From positions 390,001-422,000 of the forward strand of contig JACKFV010000001.1 of the NCBI GenBank assembly GCA_020632335.1: a stretch of DNA of 32,000 nucleotides. Reading direction: 5' to 3'. Below are positions 6,381 to 21,300 of the stretch, one piece after another. The first letter of the stretch is position 1, and each line of letters begins with the position of its first letter. This stretch comes from Candidatus Saccharimonadota bacterium (lineage in GTDB: Bacteria; Patescibacteriota; Gracilibacteria; UBA4473). The translations under genes were made by a program, and so were the position numbers. A model generated the notes under the pieces. That model saw only the letters and a list, made by a program, of their open reading frames with translations, made no database searches and was not told where the DNA came from.

Positions 6381-9300
6381 TCGTCATCAACGACAGCGTG
6401 GGGGTCTACACCTACACCGCGGGGAGCCAGTGGATGCCGGGGATCATCCCCCCCACGGGCAACCCCGGGAATATCAGCGACCCCAGCTATAACCTCACCC
6501 CTGCTGGTGGCACGGGCATTACCCTCTATGATACCGGGCTGGGTACGGCGCACGTCAGCACCATTGCGGTCTCTCCCCTGTCCTTCGACGCCTGGGAACG
6601 GCTGGTCATCCACACAGGGCTGGTGTCTCCGCAGCATAGCTATACCGTGGAGGTATTCGACTGTAGTAGCGGTAACCTCTTAAGTGGCACGGCTCCCAGC
6701 CTGGGCACTCTCACCCAGGGCAACACCAGCAGCGGGCAGATAGTCTATGACATGAGCGGTTATGATAACACCTACACCTGCCTGCAGGCTCAGGTGACGA
6801 TGCAGCAGGGGGGCGCGAGTTTCCCTCCGGTAATAGAGGGGATAGATATCGAATGGGATCCTCGGCCAGTGTGGCTGACGGACATCAGCTGTGCTGGTAG
6901 CCCTACAGAAGTAGGTAGCCAAGGAAGCTACACCGTACGCTACTCACTCAGCTATGCTGACGATAGTAATAGTGTGGTGTGGGTCCCCCTCCCCAGTGAT
7001 GGCAATGGTATCCTCTACCCCGGTGCCTACCCCACCCCCGGGAGCGCCACTAATGCCAGCTCTGCCTATGGGCAGACAGTCCCCCCCACAGCACCTACCA
7101 GCATCAGCCACGGCGGGCAGTACACCCCCACGGCTACCACCGTGCTGGGGCAGGCCATACCCGCCAATAGTATCTACTGGCAGCTGGGAGCTGTAAAAGC
7201 AGGAGAGACGGGCGTCATGAGCTTCAGCTGGCCACTGCCTAATGGGTTCCAGGACGGGATCACCGGAGCATTCCAGAGTAGTGTTACCTCGGCTAATACA
7301 GGTGTACTCAGCTCTAGCCCTGTGGTGTGCCCCTACACTGCCACCCCAGAACCCCGCATGAATAAAGAGGTTTCTGGTGGGTTTTATCAGTCCAATACAC
7401 AGACCCACTATCTCTTTGATAGCTTTGGCTATAGTACGGTAGCGACGTACCACCTGGACTACAGTAATTATCGGGAGCTGGCTCCACACCCCTACTGGGG
7501 GAGTAGGAATAGTACCAGCGATGGGAAGGGAGGGGAGGAGGTGTATAACGCTGTACTGGTAGACGATGTAAGTGAAATCATCGACGCTCTAGACGCCAGT
7601 TGTGGTGGGAGCAGTGGTGCCATTACTGCTATCAGCAGTGGGGGCGTACTCGACTCTCTGGCAAAGACCATTACGTGGTCTCTGGGGGATCTGGCCATCA
7701 ACGACTATGGAGAAGTCACCTATAGCGTGGACTATGGCGGCTGCCCTGAGGACACCACCGTCACGAACACTGCCACTCTCTATGGGGACAATATTACCCC
7801 ACTACAAGACAGCGAAATAGTCAGCATACAGACCCCACCACGAGGGAAAGGTGCCTTTGCCAAAGGAGATGAAGCAGACTGGTACAATACCATCAATGGC
7901 ACCACGCAGTACAGTGTGCCACAGATATGGTCACATGTAGATAATAATATCCCCGGTATTTACCTCAATAAATGGGATATACAACCCCATACGCACGAAG
8001 AGGCGATTACCTATTACCTCCGGGCAGCCACTACAGAGCAAGGAGGCAACAGAGCCATGAGCGATGTAGTGATGGTCGACAAAATACGAAAAAGTGGCAA
8101 CGCCCTAGATGACCCTAATGTGGGCGCGGCTTTCTCTGGAGTGACGTTTATCTCGGCCAAGCTAGACCCGAGTATCACTCAGTATGGTCGTATTTTTTAT
8201 TATACGGGGTCTGATACCACCCCGGCGATAGAGCCAGGAAGTGACGCTCCGCTCTATGACTATGCTGACTTTGCGGCTTATGCCGGCCCTGCAGATACCG
8301 ACATCGGTGGCGGATCGCTCGGGTGGAAACTCTATAGCCTCAGCACTACCCCCCCAGCCAGCGTAGACTGGGTGGCTTTTTATATCCCCTGTATATCCAG
8401 CAATGCCTTTCCCATCAGCACCGAACCCTGGGGACGCTGCGCCTATGGCGACTACAACCCCCTCCACCCCAATGCACTGGATAGTAACCCGAATAATGAC
8501 TACGTACCTGATAGGATCACGAACAGCATCACAGTGACTATCGACACCCCCGCAGACGCCTGTGAGAGCTACGTCATCCCTAATGAGGGGAACTTCAAGG
8601 CGCATCGTCTGCCCACTGACACCCCCGGTACTCCGGCACGAGAAGACCTCGAATGGCACTCTGGCAGGGGCGACAGTGATCTTTCTCTGAGTGAAGGATT
8701 TTCTTCTGTAGGGGATCTGGAATACACCCATGTGGTGCCTACCCTGGGAGGCTTTGGCTACAGTAGCATGGAGGTGGATGGGGAGAGTACCATCTATATG
8801 ACCGACACAGATACCTTCTCTACCAGCATCACCGTAGAGAATCTGGGGAGTGACACCGCCCTCAACACCACTGTAGAGGTACCCATACCAGTAGTAGCGG
8901 CTAATAATGGTTCCTTTGGGCTGACGCTCCTGGGGGTGTCTCTGGGAGGGTGGAGTGGCAGCGTGGACTACAGTGGGCTGCCCAATAGCATCAGCATAAA
9001 TCTGGGGACTCTGCCGGTGGGGATGCAAGCCGAGCTCTCACTCGACTGGCAGCTGCCTATGGGCATCCCGGATAACACTCTTGTGCCGCTGACAGCTACG
9101 GTGTCCTTTGCAGACAACAACAGCTGCCCCACCCCATCACAGCCGCTGGATACCGCTGTTGTGGTGCGCAACACCCCTGAACTCGTACTGAATAAGTACC
9201 GTGACGCGGCGCTTATCCCCAGTGGGGAGGCGGTGAATTATCAGATAACCGCGCTCAACCTGGGCCCTGCGGTGAGTAGTGACACCTTTGTCTTTGATGA

Positions 9301-12300
9301 AGTGCCAGAATATATGGTGCTTAAGAGTGCATACGTCCAGACGGTCGATGACAATGGCACGATGTATAACTGCAATTCTAATGGATCTATGGCCTGTAAG
9401 GTGTACTTCTTCCCTCGGGGGCAGAGCTGTGGCGCGGTGAATCCTAATGGGATTATTAGCTCGAGTAACCCCATCACCGCCAGTGATATCTATAGCTGCT
9501 TTGAGGAAGGGCAGGAGACCAGCCCGGGTAGTGGAGAGTGGATCCCCACGAGTTTCTCTGCAGAGGACACCCTTTACATTGCCTGGCTACTAGACGAGGC
9601 CTTTACACCACATTTCTTCCCGGTGAACAAGCTCGTAACGGTCGGATTCCAGGCCATCAACGATACCAACTACAGTAATGGACTTTCCGACCCTCTGGTA
9701 GATGGATCGCCTGCAGGGACGCTCCTGCAGAACTTCCCGGCAATTGTGAGTCAGGAACTCCTTCAGGCTATTGGGAATCAGGTCTTCACGACCATTATCC
9801 CGGAGCCACTGATGCAGATAACCAAGCAGTCCAGCACCAACTATATCAATGCTGGGGGGGACTTTGAGTGGACAGTAAACTATGTCAATGAATCACTGAC
9901 CGAGAGCACGATTTCAGTGCTGCAAGAGACCCTCCCTGCTGGGGTTATCCTCCAGGAGGTGTGGCATGAGTGGAACTTCCGCGCGGATCAAAACGGTGCG
10001 CCAGCCTCTGCGGGAGCCTATGGCGCCCCGGTGAAGCTCTGGGACAGTAGCACCAGCAACGGTGCGGTGACGGTAAATGCCCTGCCTGGCGGTACAACGG
10101 TACAGGTAGCCATTAATAATGACGGGAGCGAAGCGGCGTCCTTCCCCGGTGTGCCGCTGGATAGCAGTGGGAATACGCTGCGTGGGGGGCCTCTCGGGCT
10201 GCTGGAGGGTGGGACCTTCACCCTCAAAGTAAGCGCCCCAGCCGATGCCGAGACCTGGGACCTCCTGCATAATGAAGCGCAGATTGACTTCAAAACCTCT
10301 CATGGGGTGAATACAGTAGACGACAGCGATGACGTGTATGTGCAGAACCCCGAGCTGCTCATCAGCAAGACCGCCAGTGTAGAGGAGACCATCAGCGGGA
10401 ATGGATTCCAGTACGCCATGGTGGTGCGCAACCAGGGGCTCTGGCAGGCAGAGAATGTGGTGATAGCAGACACGCTCCCGGCGGAACTCAGCTATGTACC
10501 GGGGAGTTTGCAGGTCATTGGCACCACGTATAGTGTGATTAACGAGGCCTACACGGGTGGCTATGGGGGCACGCTTAGCTTCAGCCTGAGTAACGGCAGC
10601 GACCCTGATGGTGTACTCCCAGCGAACTCGGGGACGATCTATCTGCTCTATGCCGTGACGGTAGACCCCGGTACACCCCCCGGCACGGTGATGACCAACA
10701 GCGCCAGCATCGTGAATGATCTGCTGGAGAACCCTGACCCGAACCCCAGCTGTGACCCTGGCGACCCCAGACTCACCGGGCAGCTGGCCACCCCAGATGC
10801 CGGCAACCCGCTCTACTACTGTAATAACATCACTGAGGATAGCGTTCTTATCCCCTACTTTGACCCCTACATCACCAAGCGAGCGCCAGACCAGGTGCAG
10901 GGCGGGGACTACTTCGACTACACCCTCCGCTATGGGAATGGCACGCAGCAGCCCGGAGAAGAGGTCTTCATCGCTGATGCGCTGCCCAGCTATAACACCG
11001 TAACCGACAGCGATGGCAACCCCTCTAACGGGACAGTAACGCTGGAGAACGTGGTGGTGAGCAACGGCGAGACGATCTACTACACCTATGCGCCTACGCT
11101 GACCGACCTCAGCACACTGGACTACAGCACCGTCATCAGCTGGAGTACGACGCCTGCGCTCCCCTACACTACCCACATTGCGATTGTGCCCAGTGGCGGC
11201 ACCATGCCCGGGCTGGCGGGGCCGTATACCGTCACTGTGCGGGTACAGGCGAGTGACGCAGCCACCGGCATAGCACACGTCGCGGGGACGATTATGAATA
11301 ACGCCACCATGGTGCAGTCCAGCAGCACTGACCCTGAGTGCATCCCGGGTGACCCGGCCTATGACCCTGGATTCAGCGCATGCGGAGACGACACCGACGA
11401 CACCGTCACCAAGACTCCGGGCTTTGACCTCTCCATAGAGAAGTTCGCGGACAAGGAAGGGATCTTCCCCGGGTATACCCCTGGCGAGACCCTCCAGTAC
11501 ACCATACGGGTAGGGAATAGCGCCATCAGCGCGGAGCCTGCCTGTGGGGTGTATGTACAGGAGCTGAGCTACCCCGAGGAGCTGGACCCCAGCACCATCA
11601 CCCATGACTGGACCAGCCCTGGGTTCGTCGACCAGACCACCGGTGCGCCGATAAGCTACCTGACGCCTGCGGGCCTGGGGTATGACACCGTGCCCAGCAG
11701 CTGCGTGCAGATCACCACGGCAGACACCGACAGCGACACCGTGACCGACCAGTGGACGCTGGACACCACCGCAGCCCCCGGCTGCCCCAGCAGCTATGAG
11801 GCTCTCTGTATCCCTCCAGGGGCGGTGCAGACCTTTAGCATCAGCGGGAAGATAATGCTGGATATGCCGGATTACTTCGACAGTGGGGACCCCATAGAGA
11901 ACACCATACAGGTGTGTAATCATGACGGCACCGCGCCAGATGACTGCGCCCCGGGGGCCGAGGACATACCGAATAATAACCAGGCCAGCAGCCTGACGGT
12001 CGTCTACCGCAGTGACCCCATCAGTAGCAATAGCGGGTACAGCTGCGGCGAGGATGACATCTGTGGGAATGAGGACGATAGCGCGCAAACCGCCAACGCC
12101 GGCGACACCATCGCCTACACCGTGACCTATGACAACCTGGGGCATACGGGCGCAGAGAATAGTGTGCTGGAGGAGACCATCCCCGAGGGAACGTGCCTAG
12201 AGGTGGGGAGCATCGCTGGAGAGATCCCCGTCAGTGCGAGTATTACCTATAGTAATGACAACGGCAGCAGCTGGACCTACACCCCCGTGGCGGACGGCAA

Positions 12301-15300
12301 TGGCCAGGACTGCGCGGTGACGCACTTCCGTATAGACTTTGGCACACTGCCGGCACCGGCTGGGTTTGCGGCAGATCCCTCCTCAGACCCGCTGGTGGGC
12401 TACCAGGGTGATGCGAGTGCGCTCATAGAAGAGGCGCTTTGTTTTGGTGGTATTGCTGCTATTCCGAATAACCTGCAGGTTATTGGTACTGGTGAGAGTA
12501 CTATTGCTGGTGGTACCCGTGGTACCAGCGCTCTCGAGGGCTCGGATGGCAACCTCTATGTGGCCTGGGCGAATAATGGTGAAGATAACGAGATCTGGAT
12601 GTGGGATGGTAGCACCTGGGCCATCATCGGCTCGGGGGAGAGTGCCCTCCCCGGCAGTACTTACGCCTCTAGTATGCTCGAGGGCTCGGATGGTAACCTC
12701 TATGTGGCCTGGGCGAATAACGGCCAGGATAATGAGATCTGGATGTGGGATGGTAGCACCTGGGCCATCATCGGCTCAGGGGAGAGCAACATCACGGGGA
12801 GTAGCTATGCCTCTAGTATGCTCGAGGGCTCGGATGGCAACCTCTATGTGGCCTGGGCGAACAACGGCCAGGATAATGAGATCTGGATGTGGGATGGCTC
12901 TGCCTGGACGATTATCGCCTACTATGGGTCTGTAAGTAGTACGGGGACGGTCGCTATGGCCCCTGCGGCTGGGGGGAGTTTCTTTATAGCTTGGGCCAAC
13001 CGTGGGAACCAAGATAATGTTGTTTGGGAATATGACCCCTCTCCGGGATATGCCGTGACGACACTCCAAAAAACCCTCCTGCCCGTTGTCACTGGTACAC
13101 TGACCAGCTGGGGAGACTACACCTTTGACTACTCCACCCCCGATGACAGCAGCCTGGTGGTACGAGTCCAAAACATTAATGCTAGCGGCGTCTGTGGAGG
13201 GACTACACTGGCGGGGCCGGTAACCCTCAGTGGAGCGGACACCAGCTATACAATCGATATGAGCGGCATTGCGGCTACGAACACCGCGCTCTGTATACGA
13301 GCTACCTTTACTCCTAGTAGTGATGGGGTTTCCTCTCCTCTGCTGGACTGTGGTTCGTTTAGCTATGACGTGTTGGAGCCCGATAACCCCTCGGTACTGT
13401 ATACCACACAAGCCAATAACACCCAGTGTATAGGCACCCCTAGCTATACGCCGAATACGTGGGAAGTCATTGGTTTTGGAGAAAGTAGCCTGGGGGGTAA
13501 TACCGGAAGCACTGCTCTGTTGCAGGGGTCTGACGAGAACTTCTATGTCGCGTGGGCGAATAATAATAACCAAGCCAATGAGGTCTGGATGTGGGATGGC
13601 TCTGCCTGGACGATTATCGGCTCTGGCGAGAGTAGCGTTGCAGGATTCACAAAGGATACTGCTCTGCTGGAGGGCGCAGACGGGAACCTCTACGTCGCGT
13701 GGGCCAACGGCCAGGCCCTCCCCAATGAAGTCTGGATGTGGGATGGCGCTGCCTGGACCATCATCGGCTCTGGCGAGAGTGGCTTTAATGGCTATACCGA
13801 GACGACTTCACTTCTAGAGGGCACGGATGGGAACCTCTACGTTGCGTGGGGGAATACCTCCGCTGCAGGTGCCCCCAATGAAGTCTGGATGTGGGATGGC
13901 GCTGCCTGGACCATCATCGGCTCTGGCGAGAGTAGCATCGCCGGGAGCACCTCTGACTCGAGTATGATAGAAGGCGCTGATGGCAACCTCTATGTGGCCT
14001 GGGCGAATAATGGCCAGGACAATGAAGTCTGGATGTGGGACGGCTCTGCCTGGACCATTATCGGCTCTGGCGAGAGTAGCATCGCCGGGAGCACTTACGG
14101 CTCCAGCATGATAGAAGGCTCGGATGGCAACCTCTATGTGGCCTGGGCGAACAACGGCCAGGACAATGAAGTCTGGATGTGGGACGGCTCTGCCTGGACG
14201 ATTATCGGCTCTGGCGAGAGTAGCGTTACTGGTGGTACACATACCTCCAGCATGCTCGAAGGGACTGACGGCAACCTCTACGTTGCGTGGGGGAGTTATT
14301 CTGGACAAACCACTAATGAAGTCTGGATGTGGGATGGCTCCGCCTGGACGATTATTGGTTCGGGAGAAAGCACTGCAACAGGGAACACTGGCAGTAGCGG
14401 TATGATCGAAGGATCGGATGGGAGTCTCTATGTATCTTGGGCCAACTATGGTGGCCAGGCTAACCAGGTCTGGCGCTACACCACCCCCGTAGCAGACGCC
14501 TATGGGCTGGAGACCACCTACCAGACCCTACTGAGTGCCAGCCCAGACGCCAGCGCGTGGGACACCTTGTACCTCAACACCGTGCTAGACGACGAACTCC
14601 TCGGCACTGCCACCGTGGCCGTCTATGATGCCAGCTGTACCACGCAGCTCCTCGGCATAACGGATGCCAGCATAGGGCTTGTGGATATCAGCACCATACC
14701 AGTGGCGACGCACCCCAGCATCTGCATAGCGGTGACGCTCGCTCTCCCTGCTCTCACCCAGCAGCCCATTGGCAGCACCAACCCTGCACAGCTCTGTGGG
14801 CTCTACGCCACGTATACCGCGCCGTCACCTACCTTCGGATTCCGCGTGGGGGTGCAGACCGCGGGACTAACAGTAGATACGATTAATAACACGGTGTGCA
14901 TCAGCACTGATACCCCAGAACTGGACGAGAATAATAACTGCGGCGAGGACGAAATCGTGCTGCTGAATAGTGAGCTGAGCCTGACGAAAACCGTAGACCA
15001 GAGTGTGGCTCACACCGGCGATACGCTCACCTACACGCTGGAGGTGTGTAATAATGGCCAGCACCAGGCGCAGGACGTAGAGATAACCGACACCCTGCCG
15101 GTACTGCTGACGGGGGTGGTCTTCAGCCCAGATATAACGAGCACTAGCCCGGACTACGCTAGCCTCAACGCGGGGGCCTGTGAGACCATTACCGTGACGG
15201 GCACCATAGATGCCGGGGCCACCAGTGGTGATATACTGACCAACCAGGCCTGTGTAGTGGGTACGCAGTACGACCCGGACGAGACCAACAACTGTGACAC

Positions 15301-18300
15301 CGCGCATACCTTCATCGGGGATGCGCCCAACCTGGAAATAGAGAAGACAGACAACGTGGACTTTGACGAGATTAATAACGAGCTGACCTACATCATCACC
15401 TACCGCAACAGTGGGAATGCCGACGCTCAAGACGTCACCATCACCGATACCCTCAGCGGGTATGTGAGCTACCAGAGCTTTGCGGTACTCAGCGGGCCCA
15501 TCACCAGCTGTAGCCATGACGGGTCACCACTGGGAGGAGACGTCACCTGTGACGCAGGGGGCAGTCCCCTCGCGACGCTGAGCGCGCAGGAGAGTGGCGA
15601 GATAGAGATCGTCGTACGGATAGAACCCGGCAGCCCCGAGCCGATGCAGCCCTTCCTAGACCAAATAATGCAAGAGAATGACCCGCTGATAGACAACAAT
15701 GTCTGCATCAGCATAGACCCCGACGAGGTCAATATTACCGATAACTGTGACCAAGACGAGACCGAAATCGCCAGTAGCTACGCCAGCCTGAGCGGTTATG
15801 TCTTCCTCGACGGGCTGGACGAAACCCCCACCGATGCGGTCTATGACCCCCTCAGCCCTGGTGACGATACTCCGCTCGAGAATGTGGTGGTGTACCTGCT
15901 GGGCGAGGATGTCTTTGGCCGCTACTATGGCCCTGCACCTACAGACCCCGTGTACGCACAACTCCTGGCGGATGGGGTGTTCCTCAATCTCCTGGGTGTG
16001 GCCGACCCGGCCAATACCCCTGGAGTAGCGTACCTCACACAGGTGAACTACAACGACGCCGCGCAGACCCTCCCCCACGGGACTACTAATAGTGACGGCC
16101 TCTATGGCTTCGTCGGGCTGACGCCGGGTACCTACCACACCGTGGAGATCCAGCCGGTGCACTACGCGTCTACCGGGTCAAATGCCGGCCACACGGTAGA
16201 CACCAGCAGTGGCAGCGCCGTGCTGACGGAGGTAGGGAGTGGCTCCCACAACGACGGAGGCAACAGCCCTAACGCGGGAGACATGGGCAGCACCCTCAGC
16301 GTGAATTACATCAGCGGTATTGTGCTCAGCAGCGGCGACGACAGCGTGCACAACGACTACGGTGAGGTAGGAGGGAGCATCGGAGACACGGTATTCTTTG
16401 AGCTCGAGGGGACGGCTGATGGACTCTATAATGGGACGGATATCTTGGCGCCGAATGTGCGCATACGCCTGAGCTATGACCTGGACGGTGACGGCACAGC
16501 AGACCACTTCCAGAGCCAGGTGACGGACCTCAATGGCGCGTATAGCTTTGACGCCCTGCCGCTCTATGACGATACAGGCGCTCCCCTTACCTACACGCTG
16601 TGGGTAGACAATAGCAGCATCCCCACCAGCTGGGACAGCACTGACGACGAAGCAGGGGGCGCGGGCAACACCGCAGACAACACGAGTGATAACCAGGCGC
16701 ATGACCCGCTCAGCACCACGGTGACGTTCTCAGACCCTACGCTGCAGCCCAACCGACACGTGACCGACGCGGACTTTGGCTACACGGGGCCGACGGGCAG
16801 CATTGGGAATACGGTCTTCTATGACGCGGACAGCAACGAGCTCTATGAGCCGGATAGTAACGGCGACGGCTATGTGCAAGCGGGCGAGGACGCGCCCATC
16901 CCCTATGTGCAGGTGACGCTCTACCTGGATAATGGCTTCCCGGGCCTGTATGAGCCGGCCTTTGACACCATCTACCAGGTGACGTATACCGACGCTGACG
17001 GCCAGTACCTCTTTGAGAACCTCCCGCTGGGGCAGGACTACATCGTGCGGGTGACCGACGGCACGGTGAATGACGGCAGCCCTGGCTATGGGGTCAGCTA
17101 TCTGAGTAATCATGTGAGTACTTACGCGGCCACGTATGGCAATAGCGCGAATGCCAGCACGGTGCCCAGCAGCCTGCAAGACCATGAGGGGCGCAACCCC
17201 AACGGGTACTTTGTACATCTGGAGGACGATACGGTGCTGGACCACCCGCAGCTCATCCACCACGAGTATGCCGACTTTGGCTATGTGATGCCCACCCCAG
17301 GGGAGATAGGCAACCAGGTGTGGTATGAGGCGGGCACCAACACCAGCTATGACAGCGGCACCGACGACGGCGCTGAGGGCATAGAGCTCACGCTGTACTA
17401 TGACGCCAACTGTGACGGCGCCTATGACCCCCTCGATAGTGACGGCGACGGCTGGCCCGACAGCGGTGACCAGTACTGGGGCACCACGATGACCGATGCC
17501 AACGGCCAGTATCTCTTCCCCTATCTGCCGTATAGCGACGGCCAGCACACGGATCCGCTCAGTGGAGAGGAGAGCATCTGCTACCTGGTAGCGGTGACGG
17601 ATACCCTCAATAATACCGCACTGACTACCACCGGCAGCACGGCGGATAACGAGAACAAGGACGAGAACGGCTACAGCGTGACACTGAGTGACGGCGCGGT
17701 GGGGAATACCCCAGGGGTGAGCAGTAACATCGACTACACGGCGGACTTTGGCTATGAGGCACCGGTGTGGGGCATTGTGGGGAATACGGTCTTCTATGAC
17801 ATCAACGGCGATGGGATCTATAATAGTGCTACGGAGGTGGCTATAGATGGCGTGGATATCGTGCTGCAGATCAACACCGACACCACGGGCACCAGCCCCA
17901 CCTGGCAGGACGCCAGCACCTACTATCCGCTACTAGACGACCGAGTGACCACCGGCGTCACGGCCAGTAACGACGACTGGAGCGGCGCCGCCTGGACACA
18001 AGGGCAGTATTTCTTTGCAGAGCTGCCGCTGATCCTCATAGACGGGGTAACGCCGGCGCAGTACCGCGCGGTGGTAGACGGGGCCACGCTGCCGGCTGGG
18101 TTCAGCACTGCGGACTCTACTCATGGGGTGACTACCAGCGAGTCCACCACCCAGAACCCCAGCCCAGGCGCTAACACCGACGACTACGCGCGGGACCCTG
18201 CGGGCTATATCTTCGCGCTGGACGACACGAACCCTGGGGTCAGTAATGTGGATCTGACGGGTGACTTTGGGATTATCCGCTATACGAATATTGGGGACCT

Positions 18301-21300
18301 GGTGTGGTTTGACGCCAATAATAGCTGCGCCCTCGACCCCAGCGAGACTGCGGGCATACCGGGCGTGGTGCTCACCCTCAGCTGGGACCAGAGCGACACG
18401 CTGAGCAATACCGCTGTAGAGGGCACTACCGGCGCCACGCCACTGGCCTACAGCGCTGGGGTGACCGCTACTACCAATGCCGATGGCGTGTACGACTTTG
18501 CGAGTGTGCCCGTGGTATGGCCACTGGGTGACCTCAGCGGAGTGACAAACCCCACCTATACCGTGAGCGTGAGTACGCCGCCTACGGGCTTCACCAGTAG
18601 CTACGCCAGTGGATCTGGCAGCTGTGACAATGGGGATAACACCGGCCACAACCCCGGGGGCAGTTCTACCGGGGCCATAAACCCCACCGTGAGCGTGGTG
18701 AATACTCTAGACTTTGGCTATACCGTCCTGGGGGAGATCGGCACCACGGTGTTCCTCGACCTCGACAAAGACGCAGTGTATGAGACAGCGAGTACCGAAT
18801 CGGGCATCAGTGGCGTGGAGGTGTGCCTCTATACCGACAGAGACAATAGTGGGAGTATAGACACCAGCTATGGCAGCAGTGATGAAGTCAGCTGCCTGAC
18901 CACTGACAGCACCGGCCAGTACCTCTTCACCGGGCTGCCAGTAGATGGTGGTGATGGCGCTACGCCACTGGACTACATCGTCATAGTGCCTAATAGCACT
19001 CCCAATGCCGGGGCTGACGGCAGCCTGATTACCGATGATGGCGGTCTGCTGGATGGCTACTTCTCGACCCATCAGAGCCAGCTCTACCCAGCGAATGAAA
19101 GCCCCACCAGCGACACCCTGACCAACAACGACGAGGCCGTGAGCCGTGACCCGGCGGGCTACCAGGTGCAGCTGAGCGTGGACCTGAGCAATGCCGCCAC
19201 AGACCCCAATACGCACGAGTATACGGCGGACTTTGGCTACCATGAGGAGAGCTATGACGCGCAGCTCAGCGGGTATGTTTTCCTCGACCCAGACGCCGAC
19301 ACCTGCCGAGACACCGGCAGTCTGACTACCCCGGCCCCCAGCTGCAGCGGCACGGACCCCGATAACGACGTACCGATGAATGGCGTGGAGATGGTGCTCT
19401 GGGGTATAGATGCCTTCGGGAATTACTACGGGCCAGCGCCAACCCACCCCCTATACCTGACGGCCATTACCGAGCTGGGACTCGACCCCGTGGCCTATGC
19501 GAGTAACCCTCCGGCGGAGTACTTCGTTATAGACCCAGCGCTCACCGGGCCGCAGGCTCCGCAGGCGGGCTATACCACCAATAGCTCTTGGCCAGCGGGG
19601 TACTACAACTTTGGGAGTCTGAACCCCGCCGCGGGCATCCTCACCCTGCCCGATGGGGCATACACCGTAGCAGAGATGCAACCCGCGGGCTATGGCTCTA
19701 CTGGGTCTAATGCGGGGGATAACCTCAGCGTGACGCTGAATGGTGAGGGATCGTATGAGAATAATCCGCTGAACCCAGGCGACCCTTGCGGCGCTACAGC
19801 GCTGACGGCCTGTGACCCTGCCCGGCCCTACACCGTGAATATCATCCGCGATATCCTCCTGCCGCCCAGCAGCCACAGCGAGGAGAATAACTTTGGAGAG
19901 CTCCTGGCGCAGATAGGGAACCATGTCTTCTGGGATACCAACCAAGACGGCACCTACAACGAGGGCGACAGTGGCATACCGGGCGTGACCCTCACCATAG
20001 CCTGTACCGACACCACCAGCGGTGACGTGGTCGATGTCATCGACGCTAGCACCGGCAGCGTGCTGCCCGCCCCCGTACAGCAAGTGACTGATAGCAGCGG
20101 TGGGTATACCTTCACTGGCATCCCCCTGGACGCTGACTGTACGGTGACAGTAGACCAAAGCACCCTCCCGGACCCTAGCGCTACCCCCACAGTGGGCATA
20201 GCGGATACTGATGAGGAGTCTCAGCACGGCACTACACCGAACACCTATACCGTCAGCACCAGCAGCAGTGACCCCAGTAGCTGGGTGATCCCTTATGTGG
20301 ACTTTGGCTACTACACAGACCAGCTGGGGAGTATCGGTGATCTTGTCTTTATGGATACCGACCAAGACGGCGCCTACAACGGCACGGACTATGGCATCGG
20401 CGGGGTGACGATCACCCTCTATGACGACAGCAGCTGTAGTAACCCCATCGCCACCGCGGTGACGGACGGCACGGGCGCGTATAGCTTCAGTATGATTCCC
20501 TTCGGTGACTATAGCGTGAGTGTGGACCTGGGCAGCGGCGCGCTGGGGGGGCTCAGCAGTACGCATGGGGAGGCGAGCGGTGCGGGCGCTAGCCCCGCAG
20601 ACGACAGTAATAATAATGCTGCGCATGACCCTGGGTGCATCACTGCCAGCATCGACAGCAGTGACCCGACCGAGAACGACGCGGACTTTGGCTTCACGGT
20701 GCCGGGGGGGCCGGTGATCCTCGGGAGCTTTGGGGATCTGGTGTGGCAGGACCTCAACGGTGATGGCCTCTACGACGCAGGAGAGCCACCACTGCCAGGG
20801 GTAGACGTCTGCCTCTATAATGACGTCAATAGCAGCGGCAGCTATGAGCCCGGCACTGACACCCTGGTGGGCCTGGGCTGTGAAACCAGTGACCTCAACG
20901 GCCAGTACCTCTACAGCGGGCTGCCGGTGGGCGACTACTGCGTGGTGGTGGATACCACTACCGTGCCGAGCGGCTACACCCACACCAGTGGCGGTACACC
21001 GGGGGTAGACAATACCAGCCACCCCGAGCAGTACTGCTTTAGCATCGTGAATACTCCAGAAGGGCTAGACCCACGGTATGGTTACTTTGGCTATGAGCCG
21101 GGGAGCAATAGCTGCATCGCTACGCTGGGGGGCACGGTCTTCTATGACGCGCAGCCCAGTGGCGGCTATGACACCAGTGGTGACAGTACCCTGGGGGGCG
21201 TGACGCTAGAGATCTACGCGGGGAATAGCCTCGTGACTACCACCACCACAGACGCGCAGGGGGACTATCAGCTCACCCTGCCCTGTGGCCAGTATGCGGT

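Noticed and set aside
12482-14479. The regularly spaced 144-nt direct repeats could be mistaken for a CRISPR array or non-coding satellite.
   Set aside because: The repeats are contiguous with no unique spacers, the period is a multiple of three, and they stay in frame inside the giant ORF, translating to a conserved 48-aa unit.
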